Source: an uncultured Mycoplasmatota bacterium (GTDB lineage Bacteria > Bacillota_I > Bacilli_A > RF39 > UBA660). From it: DNA of 64,000 bases. The stretch is taken from contig CAOJYR010000004.1 in assembly GCA_948465965.1 (NCBI GenBank), positions 2,734-66,733 of the forward strand, in the 5' to 3' direction. The position numbers and the translations under genes were made by a program. Every line of letters begins with the position of its first letter. Position 1 is the first letter of the stretch. The notes under the pieces are model-generated. The model had not been told where the DNA came from. It ran no database searches and saw only the letters and a program-made list of their open reading frames with translations. Positions 36,525 through 45,196 of this stretch are shown here, piece after piece.

Positions 36525-37745
36525 ATGGTTTATAAAAAGAAAAAATCTAAATTTATGCAAGTTTTAAAATTTAAAATTTCAAATGCTATGTCTATGTTTT
36601 TACTTTTTATTGCTTTTATATCTTTTTTGATTATAGGTTTTAATCAAAAATCTTATGCAATACCTGATGTTCAAAGTCCTTTGGATGATTCTTTTCAGTT
36701 TGGCAGTTTAGGATATGATCTTTTTTCTAACCCAGTTAGTTATAATGGAGCAAACATTGCTGGGGTTACTGTTACAAAATACTTTACCTCTTTAGGAGAT
36801 CCTATATTTTGTTTGGAACATAATGCGAAAGTAGAAACTGGTATTACTTATAATAAGGGTGAGTTAATTAACGATTATGGATTACTATATATTATGGCAA
36901 ATAGTTATCCTAATAAGATATTAAAGGATTCTAATGGTCAACAGTTAGATAGTAATTTTCAAACATGGATTACACAAGTATCTATATGGTTATATTTGTA
37001 CTATGCTGAGGCAGCTGATAATGGTAGTGTTTCTGTTGATAGTGTAAATTATTTAACTGATGAGCAACTTTATTCTATGATGTATGGAAGAGAGGTTACC
37101 ATTAGAAGTAATGATACTAATAATGGTAAAGTCTTCACTACTTTAGGTGATGATACTATTTATGATACTTATATTAAGGATTTGGTTGATAATGCCTTAA
37201 AGGTTAGAACAAATCCTAATAAGAATTTAGAAATAAATATGGAAAACAAGAATATTTCTATTACAAATGATGAGAAGTACTATCAAACTTCACTTATTAC
37301 TGTAACAGGTAGTCCATCAGATAATTTTAATGGATATGAGATAAAACTTAAAAATGTACCAGATGGAACTATAGTTGTTGATGAGGATGGAAATGAAATA
37401 AAAGATTTTACTAATTTAAGTGTTACTAATAAGTTTTATCTTCGAGTACCTGTCGAAAGTGTTAATGAGCAGAATAAAAAAATGACAGTCACTGCTATTG
37501 GATCTTTTAAAACATATGAAGGAAATTATTATAGGGCTTCTGGTTATCAGACTGTTACGAGTGTTAAAACTGTTAATAATAATCTAGAAAAAGATTTAAA
37601 TATTGATTTGGATTATACTGTTTTGGTTTCTGATACAGATTTTAGTATTTCATGGATTGTTTATTTTGTTGGGATTCTCTTATTATTATGTGGTATAGCT
37701 ATTCTATGTATTAAGTATAAATCTAAATCTAAATCTAATAGTTAA
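36525..37745 (+). CDS. Cell-surface protein with thioester-domain (TQXA-type) motifs and a non-LPXTG C-terminal sorting signal (paralog 1)
   Basis: Signal peptide (..GFNQKSYA/IPDV), candidate thioester Cys in PIFCLEHNAK and Gln in WITQVSIW, an Ig-like C-terminal module, then VSDTD + hydrophobic helix + KYKSKSKSNS. Confidence 0.6.
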   Translation: MVYKKKKSKFMQVLKFKISNAMSMFLLFIAFISFLIIGFNQKSYAIPDVQSPLDDSFQFGSLGYDLFSNPVSYNGANIAGVTVTKYFTSLGDPIFCLEHNAKVETGITYNKGELINDYGLLYIMANSYPNKILKDSNGQQLDSNFQTWITQVSIWLYLYYAEAADNGSVSVDSVNYLTDEQLYSMMYGREVTIRSNDTNNGKVFTTLGDDTIYDTYIKDLVDNALKVRTNPNKNLEINMENKNISITNDEKYYQTSLITVTGSPSDNFNGYEIKLKNVPDGTIVVDEDGNEIKDFTNLSVTNKFYLRVPVESVNEQNKKMTVTAIGSFKTYEGNYYRASGYQTVTSVKTVNNNLEKDLNIDLDYTVLVSDTDFSISWIVYFVGILLLLCGIAILCIKYKSKSKSNS

Positions 37746-37834
37746 TGTTTACAAGTTTTTATTGAAAAACTAAAAAAACAGTTTGAAATATATGAAAATA
37801 TGGTATAATACTTTTATAAAGGTAGGGTGAGATT

Positions 37835-39082
37835 ATGGAGAAAATTTATATGGAAAATAATAATAAAAATAAGAAATCTAAATTTATGCAAGTTATGCAA
37901 TCAAAAGTTACAAATACTATGTCAGCATTAATGATTTTAGTAGCTTTTGCGTCGTTTTTGGCAATAGGATTTAATCAAGAATCTTATGCAATACCTGATG
38001 TTGATAGTACTATGGGGGATAGCTTTACATTTAAAATGGGAGATAGTTATGTTACAAATTCCACTAATGGAACTGCATTTTATATGAAATTGTTAAATGG
38101 AAATAATGGTAGTGGTGCTGTTCCAGTGTTTTGTTTAGAACATACTGCGCAAATTAATGATAATGTTACTTACACAAAGGATGGAGAAAATTTAATTTCT
38201 GATTATGGATTACTTTATATTTTGGCTAATAGTTATCCAAATAGTGATATTGTTAATGGTAATTACAAGCTTTCAGATTGCCCTGCACCTGTACAATACT
38301 GGGTTACTCAAGCTGCTACTTGGTTATACTTATATGAATCAGAATTAAAAGATAATGGTTCTGTTCCTACATCTAGTTTAAATTACTTGAGTCCAGAGCA
38401 AATAGCTGCTATAAAGGGAACTACTGAGATTAATAATCAAAGTAGTGGGACGACTTATTATATTGGTAATCAAGGAGATAAAGTTAATTTTTATAATACA
38501 TTTGTAGCAAAATTGGTAGAAAATGCAATGGAGGTTAGAACTACTCCAAATAAAAATATAGTTATAAATAGAGCAAATAATGATATTTCCGTTACTGATG
38601 ATGGTAAATATTATCAAACTTCACTAATTAGTATAGATGGCGTTGTTACAACTGGTGGAAGTTTTAATGGGTATGAACTAAAATTAAAAAATGCTCCTGA
38701 AGGAACTCAAATTATTGGTGAGGATGGTAATGAAATTAAAGGCGATGCTTTAAGCAATATGTCTTCTAATACTAAATTTTATATTAGAGTTCCTGTTAAT
38801 AAGATAAGCGAGAATAATAAAGTGCTTAATATTGCTGTTAATGCTTCTTTTAAGACATTAGATGGTTATTATTATAAGGCAACAGGTCTTCAAACTGTTA
38901 CTACTGTAAAAACTATTAATAGTACTATATCAAAACCTTTAGATATCGATTTAACATATACTCCTGATGTACCTGATACAAGTATGAGTACTACACAGTC
39001 TATTTATTTCATTGGACTTGTGATATTGTTATGTGGAATAGGTATTATTTATGCAAATGCAAAACCAAGAAAATCTGAATAA
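37835..39082 (+). CDS. Cell-surface protein with thioester-domain (TQXA-type) motifs and a non-LPXTG C-terminal sorting signal (paralog 2)
   Basis: Same architecture as 36525-37745: KKSKFMQV.., GFNQESYA/IPDV, PVFCLEHTAQ, WVTQAATW, then VPDTS + hydrophobic helix + NAKPRKSE. Confidence 0.6.
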   Translation: MEKIYMENNNKNKKSKFMQVMQSKVTNTMSALMILVAFASFLAIGFNQESYAIPDVDSTMGDSFTFKMGDSYVTNSTNGTAFYMKLLNGNNGSGAVPVFCLEHTAQINDNVTYTKDGENLISDYGLLYILANSYPNSDIVNGNYKLSDCPAPVQYWVTQAATWLYLYESELKDNGSVPTSSLNYLSPEQIAAIKGTTEINNQSSGTTYYIGNQGDKVNFYNTFVAKLVENAMEVRTTPNKNIVINRANNDISVTDDGKYYQTSLISIDGVVTTGGSFNGYELKLKNAPEGTQIIGEDGNEIKGDALSNMSSNTKFYIRVPVNKISENNKVLNIAVNASFKTLDGYYYKATGLQTVTTVKTINSTISKPLDIDLTYTPDVPDTSMSTTQSIYFIGLVILLCGIGIIYANAKPRKSE

Positions 39083-39725
39083 AAAGAAAAGAAAGGTAAA
39101 AAAGAGTCATTTATTGCTAATTGGCTCTTTACTTGTATTTGTGGGTGTACTTGTTCTTTCTTATAATCATTTATTGCTTTTAAAAAATCAGGTTTTTTCT
39201 GATATGCTTATTTCTATGTCTGATGTTGATAGTACTGATGATGGTAAGAAAACGGAGCAGTTAGAGGTTCCAACAGTTGATAATGTATCTGATGGTACTG
39301 TTTATAAAGAAGAGAGTATTGATTATAATAAATATTTAGGAGTAATTGAAATACCTAAGATAGGGTTAAAAAGGGGTTTTTATAATACTAATTCAAGATA
39401 TAATAACATTGAGTATAATGTTACTTTAGTTAAGGGGTCAACTATGCCAGATGTTGCTAATGGTAACTTAATATTAATGGCTCATTCTGGTGATGCTTAT
39501 ATTTCGTATTTTGCTTATCTTTATAGATTAAATATAGGTGATAGTGCTTATATTACTTATAGGGGTAATAAATATAAATATAACATTGTTAATATTTATA
39601 ATGTTGATAAGAATGGAAAGGTTTCTATTTATAGAAATTATGATAAGACTACTTTAACGCTTATTACTTGTACTAAGAATGATGATACGAAACAAACTGT
39701 TTATATTTTAGAATTAGTTAGTTAG
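39051..39725 (+). CDS. Sortase-family transpeptidase (small, N-terminally membrane-anchored)
   Basis: N-terminal TM, catalytic-His context LILMAHSG, catalytic-Cys motif TLTLITC. Overlaps the preceding surface-protein gene by 32 nt. Confidence 0.8.
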   Translation: MQMQNQENLNKKKRKVKKSHLLLIGSLLVFVGVLVLSYNHLLLLKNQVFSDMLISMSDVDSTDDGKKTEQLEVPTVDNVSDGTVYKEESIDYNKYLGVIEIPKIGLKRGFYNTNSRYNNIEYNVTLVKGSTMPDVANGNLILMAHSGDAYISYFAYLYRLNIGDSAYITYRGNKYKYNIVNIYNVDKNGKVSIYRNYDKTTLTLITCTKNDDTKQTVYILELVS

Positions 39726-39740
39726 TGTGGAGGTGGTAGT

Positions 39741-40313
39741 ATGAATATGTCTTTTTTAGAAAAGATTGCAACTGTATTTAAATATATTGGTTCATCTTTT
39801 TTATCTGTAGAGTTATTTGTACTATGCCTTCTTTTGTTTTTAATTTTAACTATAAATATAAAGGCTAAGAATAAGTATGTTAATATTATTGTAATCATTA
39901 TTTATTTCGTGTTTTTACTATCACTTGGTATTTCATCTATTACTTATATTTCTTATAGTTTTGATTCTTTCCTTAAAAAGGTGATTGATTATATTTACTT
40001 TCCTTCGACTGTTGTATATTTCTTTATTATGTTATTTTCTATTTTTATTGTTTTCTGTTCTATGTTTAGTAATAAGTTAGGTACCTTTAAGAAAGTATTT
40101 AATTATGCAGTTTTTAGTTTTATGTTTTTTTTCTATATGTCTTTTGTAGTTATTTCCACTTATAATGGAATTGATTTAAGCAACTTAGTTGATTTATATA
40201 AGAATGAAACGCTTTTATCGATAGTACAGGTAAGTAATTTATTGTTATTTGGTTGGTTTTTATTTACTTTGTTTTATAGATTGTTTATTTATTTTAAAAA
40301 TAAATTTGATTAA
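39741..40313 (+). CDS. Polytopic membrane protein (about 5 TM), unknown function
   Basis: A GGAGGTGG RBS lies upstream. Co-directional with the sortase, 15 nt downstream of it. Confidence 0.45.
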   Translation: MNMSFLEKIATVFKYIGSSFLSVELFVLCLLLFLILTINIKAKNKYVNIIVIIIYFVFLLSLGISSITYISYSFDSFLKKVIDYIYFPSTVVYFFIMLFSIFIVFCSMFSNKLGTFKKVFNYAVFSFMFFFYMSFVVISTYNGIDLSNLVDLYKNETLLSIVQVSNLLLFGWFLFTLFYRLFIYFKNKFD

Positions 40314-40325
40314 AAAAATTGAGAT

Positions 40326-41210
40326 TTAGTATTTCTCAATTTTTTGTATGTAGTATTCTTCAAAGCATATATTATTTTTATGGATGTATTTAGCTATATC
40401 TTTTCCTACATAGCGATAATGCCATGATTCATAATCATATCCAGTTTGTTTTATTTTATCTTTTGGAAATCTAAGAATAAAACCATATTTATAAGCGTTT
40501 TCTTGCATCCAATTAAATTCTTCTGTTTTTTCGAAATTTGTGTAATCTATTTTTCCATTATAAACATCTACCGCAAGTCCTGTTTGGTGTTCTGAATGAC
40601 CAGGGCGCCCTGAATAGGTATCTGCTATTTCAGCACCATCACTTTCTTTATAGCGATTATATAAATTTACTTGGTATGTGTAACTTCTGTAGCTTGACAT
40701 AGCGATGATTGTATATCCTTCTTTTTTTGCATCTTTTGCCATTTCTTCAAAGGCCTCTTTTGCATAATTTACAAGCTTCATACCACTTCTTGCGTAATTT
40801 AAGTCAATATCTTCTAGGTTATCTGGTATATAGTCTTCTTCTAGATAATTATATTTATTTACTAGAATTTGGGGCGTATTTAAATTTATACTTTTTTTAG
40901 TATTGGTGTAGTATTTCTGATCTATTCCAATATTTACATCAGTTATTATTTGTTTTATATCTAAATCGGGGTTTTCTTTTTTGTAATTAATATATCTATC
41001 AATATATTTATAATTAAAATATGTTATTTTTTGGTCAATATTTTCTAGTTGTTCTAACTTTATATCTTTTTTTGTTTTAGCTATTTTTTTTGTTTCTTTC
41101 TTAGGGATTATGGAGAAAGCTATGCTTCCTACTACTATTATTAATACAATTAGAAAGACAAGAAAGTTTCTTTTTTTTAATTTTAATTTCTTATTCTTTA
41201 CTTTTGACAT
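40326..41210 (-). CDS. VanY/M15B-family D-alanyl-D-alanine carboxypeptidase, membrane-anchored
   Basis: SGRPGHSEHQTGLAVD and ESWHYRYVG zinc-peptidase motifs, with an N-terminal TM. Confidence 0.85.
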   Translation of the reverse strand: MSKVKNKKLKLKKRNFLVFLIVLIIVVGSIAFSIIPKKETKKIAKTKKDIKLEQLENIDQKITYFNYKYIDRYINYKKENPDLDIKQIITDVNIGIDQKYYTNTKKSINLNTPQILVNKYNYLEEDYIPDNLEDIDLNYARSGMKLVNYAKEAFEEMAKDAKKEGYTIIAMSSYRSYTYQVNLYNRYKESDGAEIADTYSGRPGHSEHQTGLAVDVYNGKIDYTNFEKTEEFNWMQENAYKYGFILRFPKDKIKQTGYDYESWHYRYVGKDIAKYIHKNNICFEEYYIQKIEKY

Positions 41211-41296
41211 ATTATCACCTAATTCTATAATAGCATTAAATTCTTGATTTATGTATAAATTTAGTTAATTAGACATAAAAAATAGTGGAGGTAGAC

Positions 41297-42532
41297 ATGA
41301 AAAAGATATTTATATTTATTTTGCTGTTATTGACTGTTATTTTTCCATATGGAGTGTATGCAGTAGATAATACAAATAATAATGAAGGGTCTAATGTGAA
41401 TACAGAAGAGTCTAATACAAATGCTGAAGAATCTAATGAGGATGATAATACAGAACTTATTTCTAATGCTACTAGTGGGATATTGATTGAGGCTAATAGC
41501 GGAAAAATAATTTATGAAAAAGAGAAAGATAAACAAGTGCCTATTGCATCTATGACAAAAATGGTGGCACAAATTCTTATTTTGGAAAATATAGAAAAAG
41601 GAAATATAAAATGGGATGATGTAGTTACTGTTAGTAAGAATGCTGCAGAAATGGGTGGAAGTCAAATTTATATTAGTGAAGGAGAAAAAATTACAATAGA
41701 AGATTTAATGAAGGGAATCTCTATGGCAAGTGGTAATGATGCGACTGTTCAGATGGCTGAAGTTATTAGTGGAAGTGAAGCTAATTTTGTTAAATTGATG
41801 AATAAGAAAGTGAAGGAGTTAGGACTTAAAAATACTGTATTTAAAAATTGTACGGGTTTGGATGAAGATGGACATTTCTCTAGTGCATATGATATGGCAA
41901 TGATTGCTAGAGATTTGGTTGTTAATCACTCTGAAATATTGAGATTTTCATCTGTTTATGAGGATTATTTAAGAGAAGATACTGATAATAAATTTTGGCT
42001 TGTTAATACTAATAAGCTGGTTCGTTACTATGAGGGGGCAGATGGTTTAAAAACTGGTCATACTGATAATGCTAAATATTGTTTGGCCGCTACTGCAAAG
42101 AAAAATAATTTAAGACTTATTGGAATTGTTTTGGGTGAAGAAGTTAGTAAAGTTAGGAATAGTGAGACTATGGCTCTTTTGGATTATGGATTTAGTAATG
42201 TGAAGGTAAATACATTAAAGAAAAAGGGAACTGTTATTAAGCGTATACAATTAGATAAAGCTAGCGAAGATGTAGTTGATATTGTACTTGCAGATGATTT
42301 GGGAGTCGTGGAAGACAATGATACAAGTAAACATAAATACACTTATGATGTTAAAATTAAGGATATTAAACTCCCATTAAAAAATAATAGTGTAGTTGGT
42401 AAAATTATTGTAAAAGAAAATGGTAAAGAAGTGGGTAGTGGTAATTTAGTTGTTACTAAAGATATTGACAATATTGGCTATTTTGAGTTGTTGTTAAATG
42501 GATTAAAGAATATTATTAGTGGTAACTTATAA
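41297..42532 (+). CDS. Serine-type D-Ala-D-Ala carboxypeptidase (S11, DacA/DacF-like low-MW PBP)
   Basis: Signal peptide, active-site SMTK (IASMTKMV), SGN (ASGND), KTGHT and a C-terminal beta domain. Start set at ATG 41297 behind GGAGGT. Confidence 0.88.
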   Translation: MKKIFIFILLLLTVIFPYGVYAVDNTNNNEGSNVNTEESNTNAEESNEDDNTELISNATSGILIEANSGKIIYEKEKDKQVPIASMTKMVAQILILENIEKGNIKWDDVVTVSKNAAEMGGSQIYISEGEKITIEDLMKGISMASGNDATVQMAEVISGSEANFVKLMNKKVKELGLKNTVFKNCTGLDEDGHFSSAYDMAMIARDLVVNHSEILRFSSVYEDYLREDTDNKFWLVNTNKLVRYYEGADGLKTGHTDNAKYCLAATAKKNNLRLIGIVLGEEVSKVRNSETMALLDYGFSNVKVNTLKKKGTVIKRIQLDKASEDVVDIVLADDLGVVEDNDTSKHKYTYDVKIKDIKLPLKNNSVVGKIIVKENGKEVGSGNLVVTKDIDNIGYFELLLNGLKNIISGNL

Positions 42533-42632
42533 TTTATTTTCTATTTATTGAGGAAGAATTTTCTTCTTTTTTCTTTCTCTAATTATGTATTGGTGTTATA
42601 ATTTATTAGGAAAGAAATAAAGAGGTAGTTTT

Positions 42633-43559
42633 ATGTCTAAGAAAAGTAAAAAAAGAAATAATAAGAGCAATAAGAATAAGTCTAATGGTAGAATTAATTC
42701 TATTAATAAGGTATATAAAGATGAATTATCAGTAACAAAGCAACAGCAATTTGACTTTGATGATTTAGAATTAACTTCTACTTTAGATACTAGTTTTGTA
42801 GCTAAGAAAGGTACAAATAAGGTTACTGATGAAACAGTAGATAAGTTTAATTATTTAGAGGATATTATTGTAAGGCCTAGGAATAACCCTACTTTAATTT
42901 GTATACTAATTTTCATTATAATTTTGTTAGGTGGATTTTTAGGTTTTCATTTTTTAACGTTTAATCATAATAAAGTAAAGGTTGTTACTAAAGAAAAGGC
43001 TGTTAAGGTAGTTGATGATAATTACTTATTTTTAGGGGATTCTATTACTGATTATTATGATTTAGATAAATACTATAAAGATTTACCTGTTATAAATAGC
43101 GGTATTAGTGGTAATGCTACAGGTGATATATTAAATGATATGAATAATAGGGTTTATCAATATAATCCTTCTAAGGTGTTTTTATTGATTGGTACGAATG
43201 ATATACAAAGGGAAATAGATGATGAAAAAATTATTTCTAATATTGAGAAGATTATTGAAAATATAAAGGAAAATAGATCTTATGCAGAGATTTATTTAGA
43301 ATCTATTTATCCAGTAAATGAAGAAAAGTCTGGTGCTCAAATTAGGAAAAATTCTACTATAAAATCTATTAATAAAAAATTGAAGGAATATTGTAGAGAT
43401 AATGGTGTTATATATATAGATTTATTTTCAAAATTAATTGATTCTGACTCGGATGATGTAAAACTTAGTGAGATGTATTCTAAAGATGGGTTACATTTAA
43501 CTAGTGAAGGGTATAAGGTTGTTACTAAGGAAATAAAGAAGTATCTAAATGATAAATAA
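42633..43559 (+). CDS. Membrane-anchored SGNH/GDSL hydrolase
   Basis: Block I FLGDSITD, block III GTND, block V DGLHLT. Basic N-terminus plus one TM. Confidence 0.8.
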   Translation: MSKKSKKRNNKSNKNKSNGRINSINKVYKDELSVTKQQQFDFDDLELTSTLDTSFVAKKGTNKVTDETVDKFNYLEDIIVRPRNNPTLICILIFIIILLGGFLGFHFLTFNHNKVKVVTKEKAVKVVDDNYLFLGDSITDYYDLDKYYKDLPVINSGISGNATGDILNDMNNRVYQYNPSKVFLLIGTNDIQREIDDEKIISNIEKIIENIKENRSYAEIYLESIYPVNEEKSGAQIRKNSTIKSINKKLKEYCRDNGVIYIDLFSKLIDSDSDDVKLSEMYSKDGLHLTSEGYKVVTKEIKKYLNDK

Positions 43560-43620
43560 TGGTTATTTTCTAAAAGGTTCACACATATATATTTATCATA
43601 GAAAGGAATGAATAATATAT

Positions 43621-43881
43621 ATGGAAACACTTAAAGTAAGTAGTAAATCTAATCCAAATAGCGTAGCAGGAGCTTTAGCTAATGTATTCAGGGAAAAAGG
43701 AACTGTAGAAATTCAGGCTGTAGGGGCGGGTGCTTTAAATCAAGCGATTAAGGCAGTAGCAATAGCACGTGGTTTTGTTGCTCCAAGTGGTAAGAATTTA
43801 GTTTGTATTCCCGCATTTCAAGATATTGCGATAGATGGGGAAGAGCGAACTGCTATAAAATTAATTATAGAGGCTAAATAG
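43621..43881 (+). CDS. spoVS: Stage V sporulation protein S
   Basis: METLKVSSKSNPNSVAGALA...EIQAVGAGALNQAIKAVAIARGF is near-identical in pattern to SpoVS. Confidence 0.93.
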   Translation: METLKVSSKSNPNSVAGALANVFREKGTVEIQAVGAGALNQAIKAVAIARGFVAPSGKNLVCIPAFQDIAIDGEERTAIKLIIEAK

Positions 43882-43896
43882 GCCTCTTTTTCTTTT
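43869..43896 (+). terminator. Rho-independent terminator after spoVS
   Basis: agaggc-taaatag-gcctct hairpin overlapping the stop codon, followed by ttttctttt. Confidence 0.5.
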
Positions 43897-44008
43897 ATAA
43901 ATTAAAGTGGTTAAGGTCTAACATAAGGGTTTTATTATGGTATATATTGGGTGTATAAAGAACTTAGATTTTAGGTAAAAATATATTGATTTTTTTTCAT
44001 TTTTCTTA

Positions 44009-44037
44009 TTGACAGGTATTTATCAATATGCAATAAT
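44009..44037 (+). promoter_or_regulatory. Candidate sigma-A promoter of the SipW-type locus
   Basis: TTGACA (44009-44014), a 17-nt spacer ending in TGc (extended -10), then AATAAT (44032-44037). An AAAGGAGAG RBS follows. Confidence 0.45.
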
Positions 44038-44060
44038 TATACTAGAAAGGAGAGTAGTAA

Positions 44061-44555
44061 ATGAAAAATGGTAAGAATATTCTAATTGCTGGATTGTTAG
44101 TTGCAATTATGGTTATGTCAGTTGGTTATGCTGCTTTTGCAAGTCAACTAAATTTAAATGGAACAACTACAATTGATGGTGAGTGGGACGTAGAAATAAC
44201 AGCTATTAAGGCGTCTAATGTTACAGGTGATGCTGTGGCTGGTACACCTTCATATACAGCATCAACTGCTACATTTAATGCAACTTTGAAAAAACCAGGG
44301 GATGCAATTACTTATACAGTAACTGTTGAAAACAAAGGTAATATTGATGCTAAGTTAAATGACACAGTATTTACTGAGGGTGCAAATGGTTCTCCTGCTA
44401 TTGTTTATACACATACTGATCCAGCAGCAACTTTGGCAGCTGGCGATAGTACTACATTTACTGTAACTACTACTTATGATGCTAGTTATACAGAGACTCC
44501 AGCAATTACTACTAAAACAATTACTGGTTTAATCGAATACGTTCAAGCAGATTAG
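44061..44555 (+). CDS. Small secreted Thr-rich beta protein with SipW-cognate-like signal peptide; TasA/camelysin-superfamily-like
   Basis: MKNGK + hydrophobic helix ending VGYAAFASQ (compare the GT(F/Y)A(F/Y)F end of TasA-class signals). LKKPGDAITYTVTVENKGNIDAKL resembles the TasA NLKPGD....F.F.N.GS motif. Confidence 0.55.
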   Translation: MKNGKNILIAGLLVAIMVMSVGYAAFASQLNLNGTTTIDGEWDVEITAIKASNVTGDAVAGTPSYTASTATFNATLKKPGDAITYTVTVENKGNIDAKLNDTVFTEGANGSPAIVYTHTDPAATLAAGDSTTFTVTTTYDASYTETPAITTKTITGLIEYVQAD

Positions 44556-44651
44556 TAATAATCCGGTGAATTGAAATAATAGAGAAGTCTGGATGGTCTG
44601 ATGTTTTTTACTTCAGCTATGCTTCTCTTTTATTTGTGTATAGGAGAAAAC

Positions 44652-45188
44652 ATGAAAAGATTAACAAAGAGAAGAATAAGAAGAGTGATATCTAGGAATT
44701 TTATAATCATTTTTTTGTTAGTTTTGTTACCTGCTTTTCTTTTAATGGCTACAGGATATTCTCTTTTAAAATCGGAAGGAATTGTTGATGGTGAGACCAG
44801 TATAGTTGTCCCCGAACCACCAAAGGATAATATTGTTACTGATGGTGATGCTTCGATAGAACTAGGAGATTCTGAGACTGGTATAAGAGTTGTTAAGGTA
44901 TTAGAAGAAGAACATACATGGGGCGGAACTGCTAATGTATATAAATTAACACTTTATAATGATACTGATTCACCTATTACGTCCTTTAGAGGAATTATAA
45001 AGTATAAAAATGCTAATTTTTCTTATGGTTCATATATAACTAGTTTTGATGATGCGGCAGGGATTGCAAATGTTTATTGTGACTGGATGACAATTCCTGT
45101 TGGTGGATCTATAACTCTTGATTTTGTTATAATGACAACTCAGGATGGGTATTATCCGGACATAGTAATAGTAGGGGTGAATTCTTAA
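44652..45188 (+). CDS. Secreted or membrane-anchored beta-sandwich-like protein, same class of N-terminal signal
   Basis: MKRLTKRRIRR + helix ending LLMATGYSLLKSEG. The body shows a carbohydrate-binding-module-like pattern (HTWGGTANVYKLTLYNDTDSPITSFRG...DWMTIPVGGSITLDFVI). Start set at ATG 44652 behind AGGAGA. Confidence 0.5.
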   Translation: MKRLTKRRIRRVISRNFIIIFLLVLLPAFLLMATGYSLLKSEGIVDGETSIVVPEPPKDNIVTDGDASIELGDSETGIRVVKVLEEEHTWGGTANVYKLTLYNDTDSPITSFRGIIKYKNANFSYGSYITSFDDAAGIANVYCDWMTIPVGGSITLDFVIMTTQDGYYPDIVIVGVNS

Positions 45189-45196
45189 GAAGATGT

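Noticed and set aside
44061-44555. High density of N-x-(S/T) sequons in the TasA-like protein (NGT, NVT, NAT, NDT, NGS) and in its paralog (NIT, NIS, NDS, NAT, NNS), as a hint of N-glycosylation by the nearby GT-C proteins.
   Set aside because: Asn and Thr are both very abundant in these proteins and in this AT-rich genome, so sequons are expected by chance. None of the GT-C-like proteins shows a WWDYG-type oligosaccharyltransferase motif. I kept this only as a side remark.
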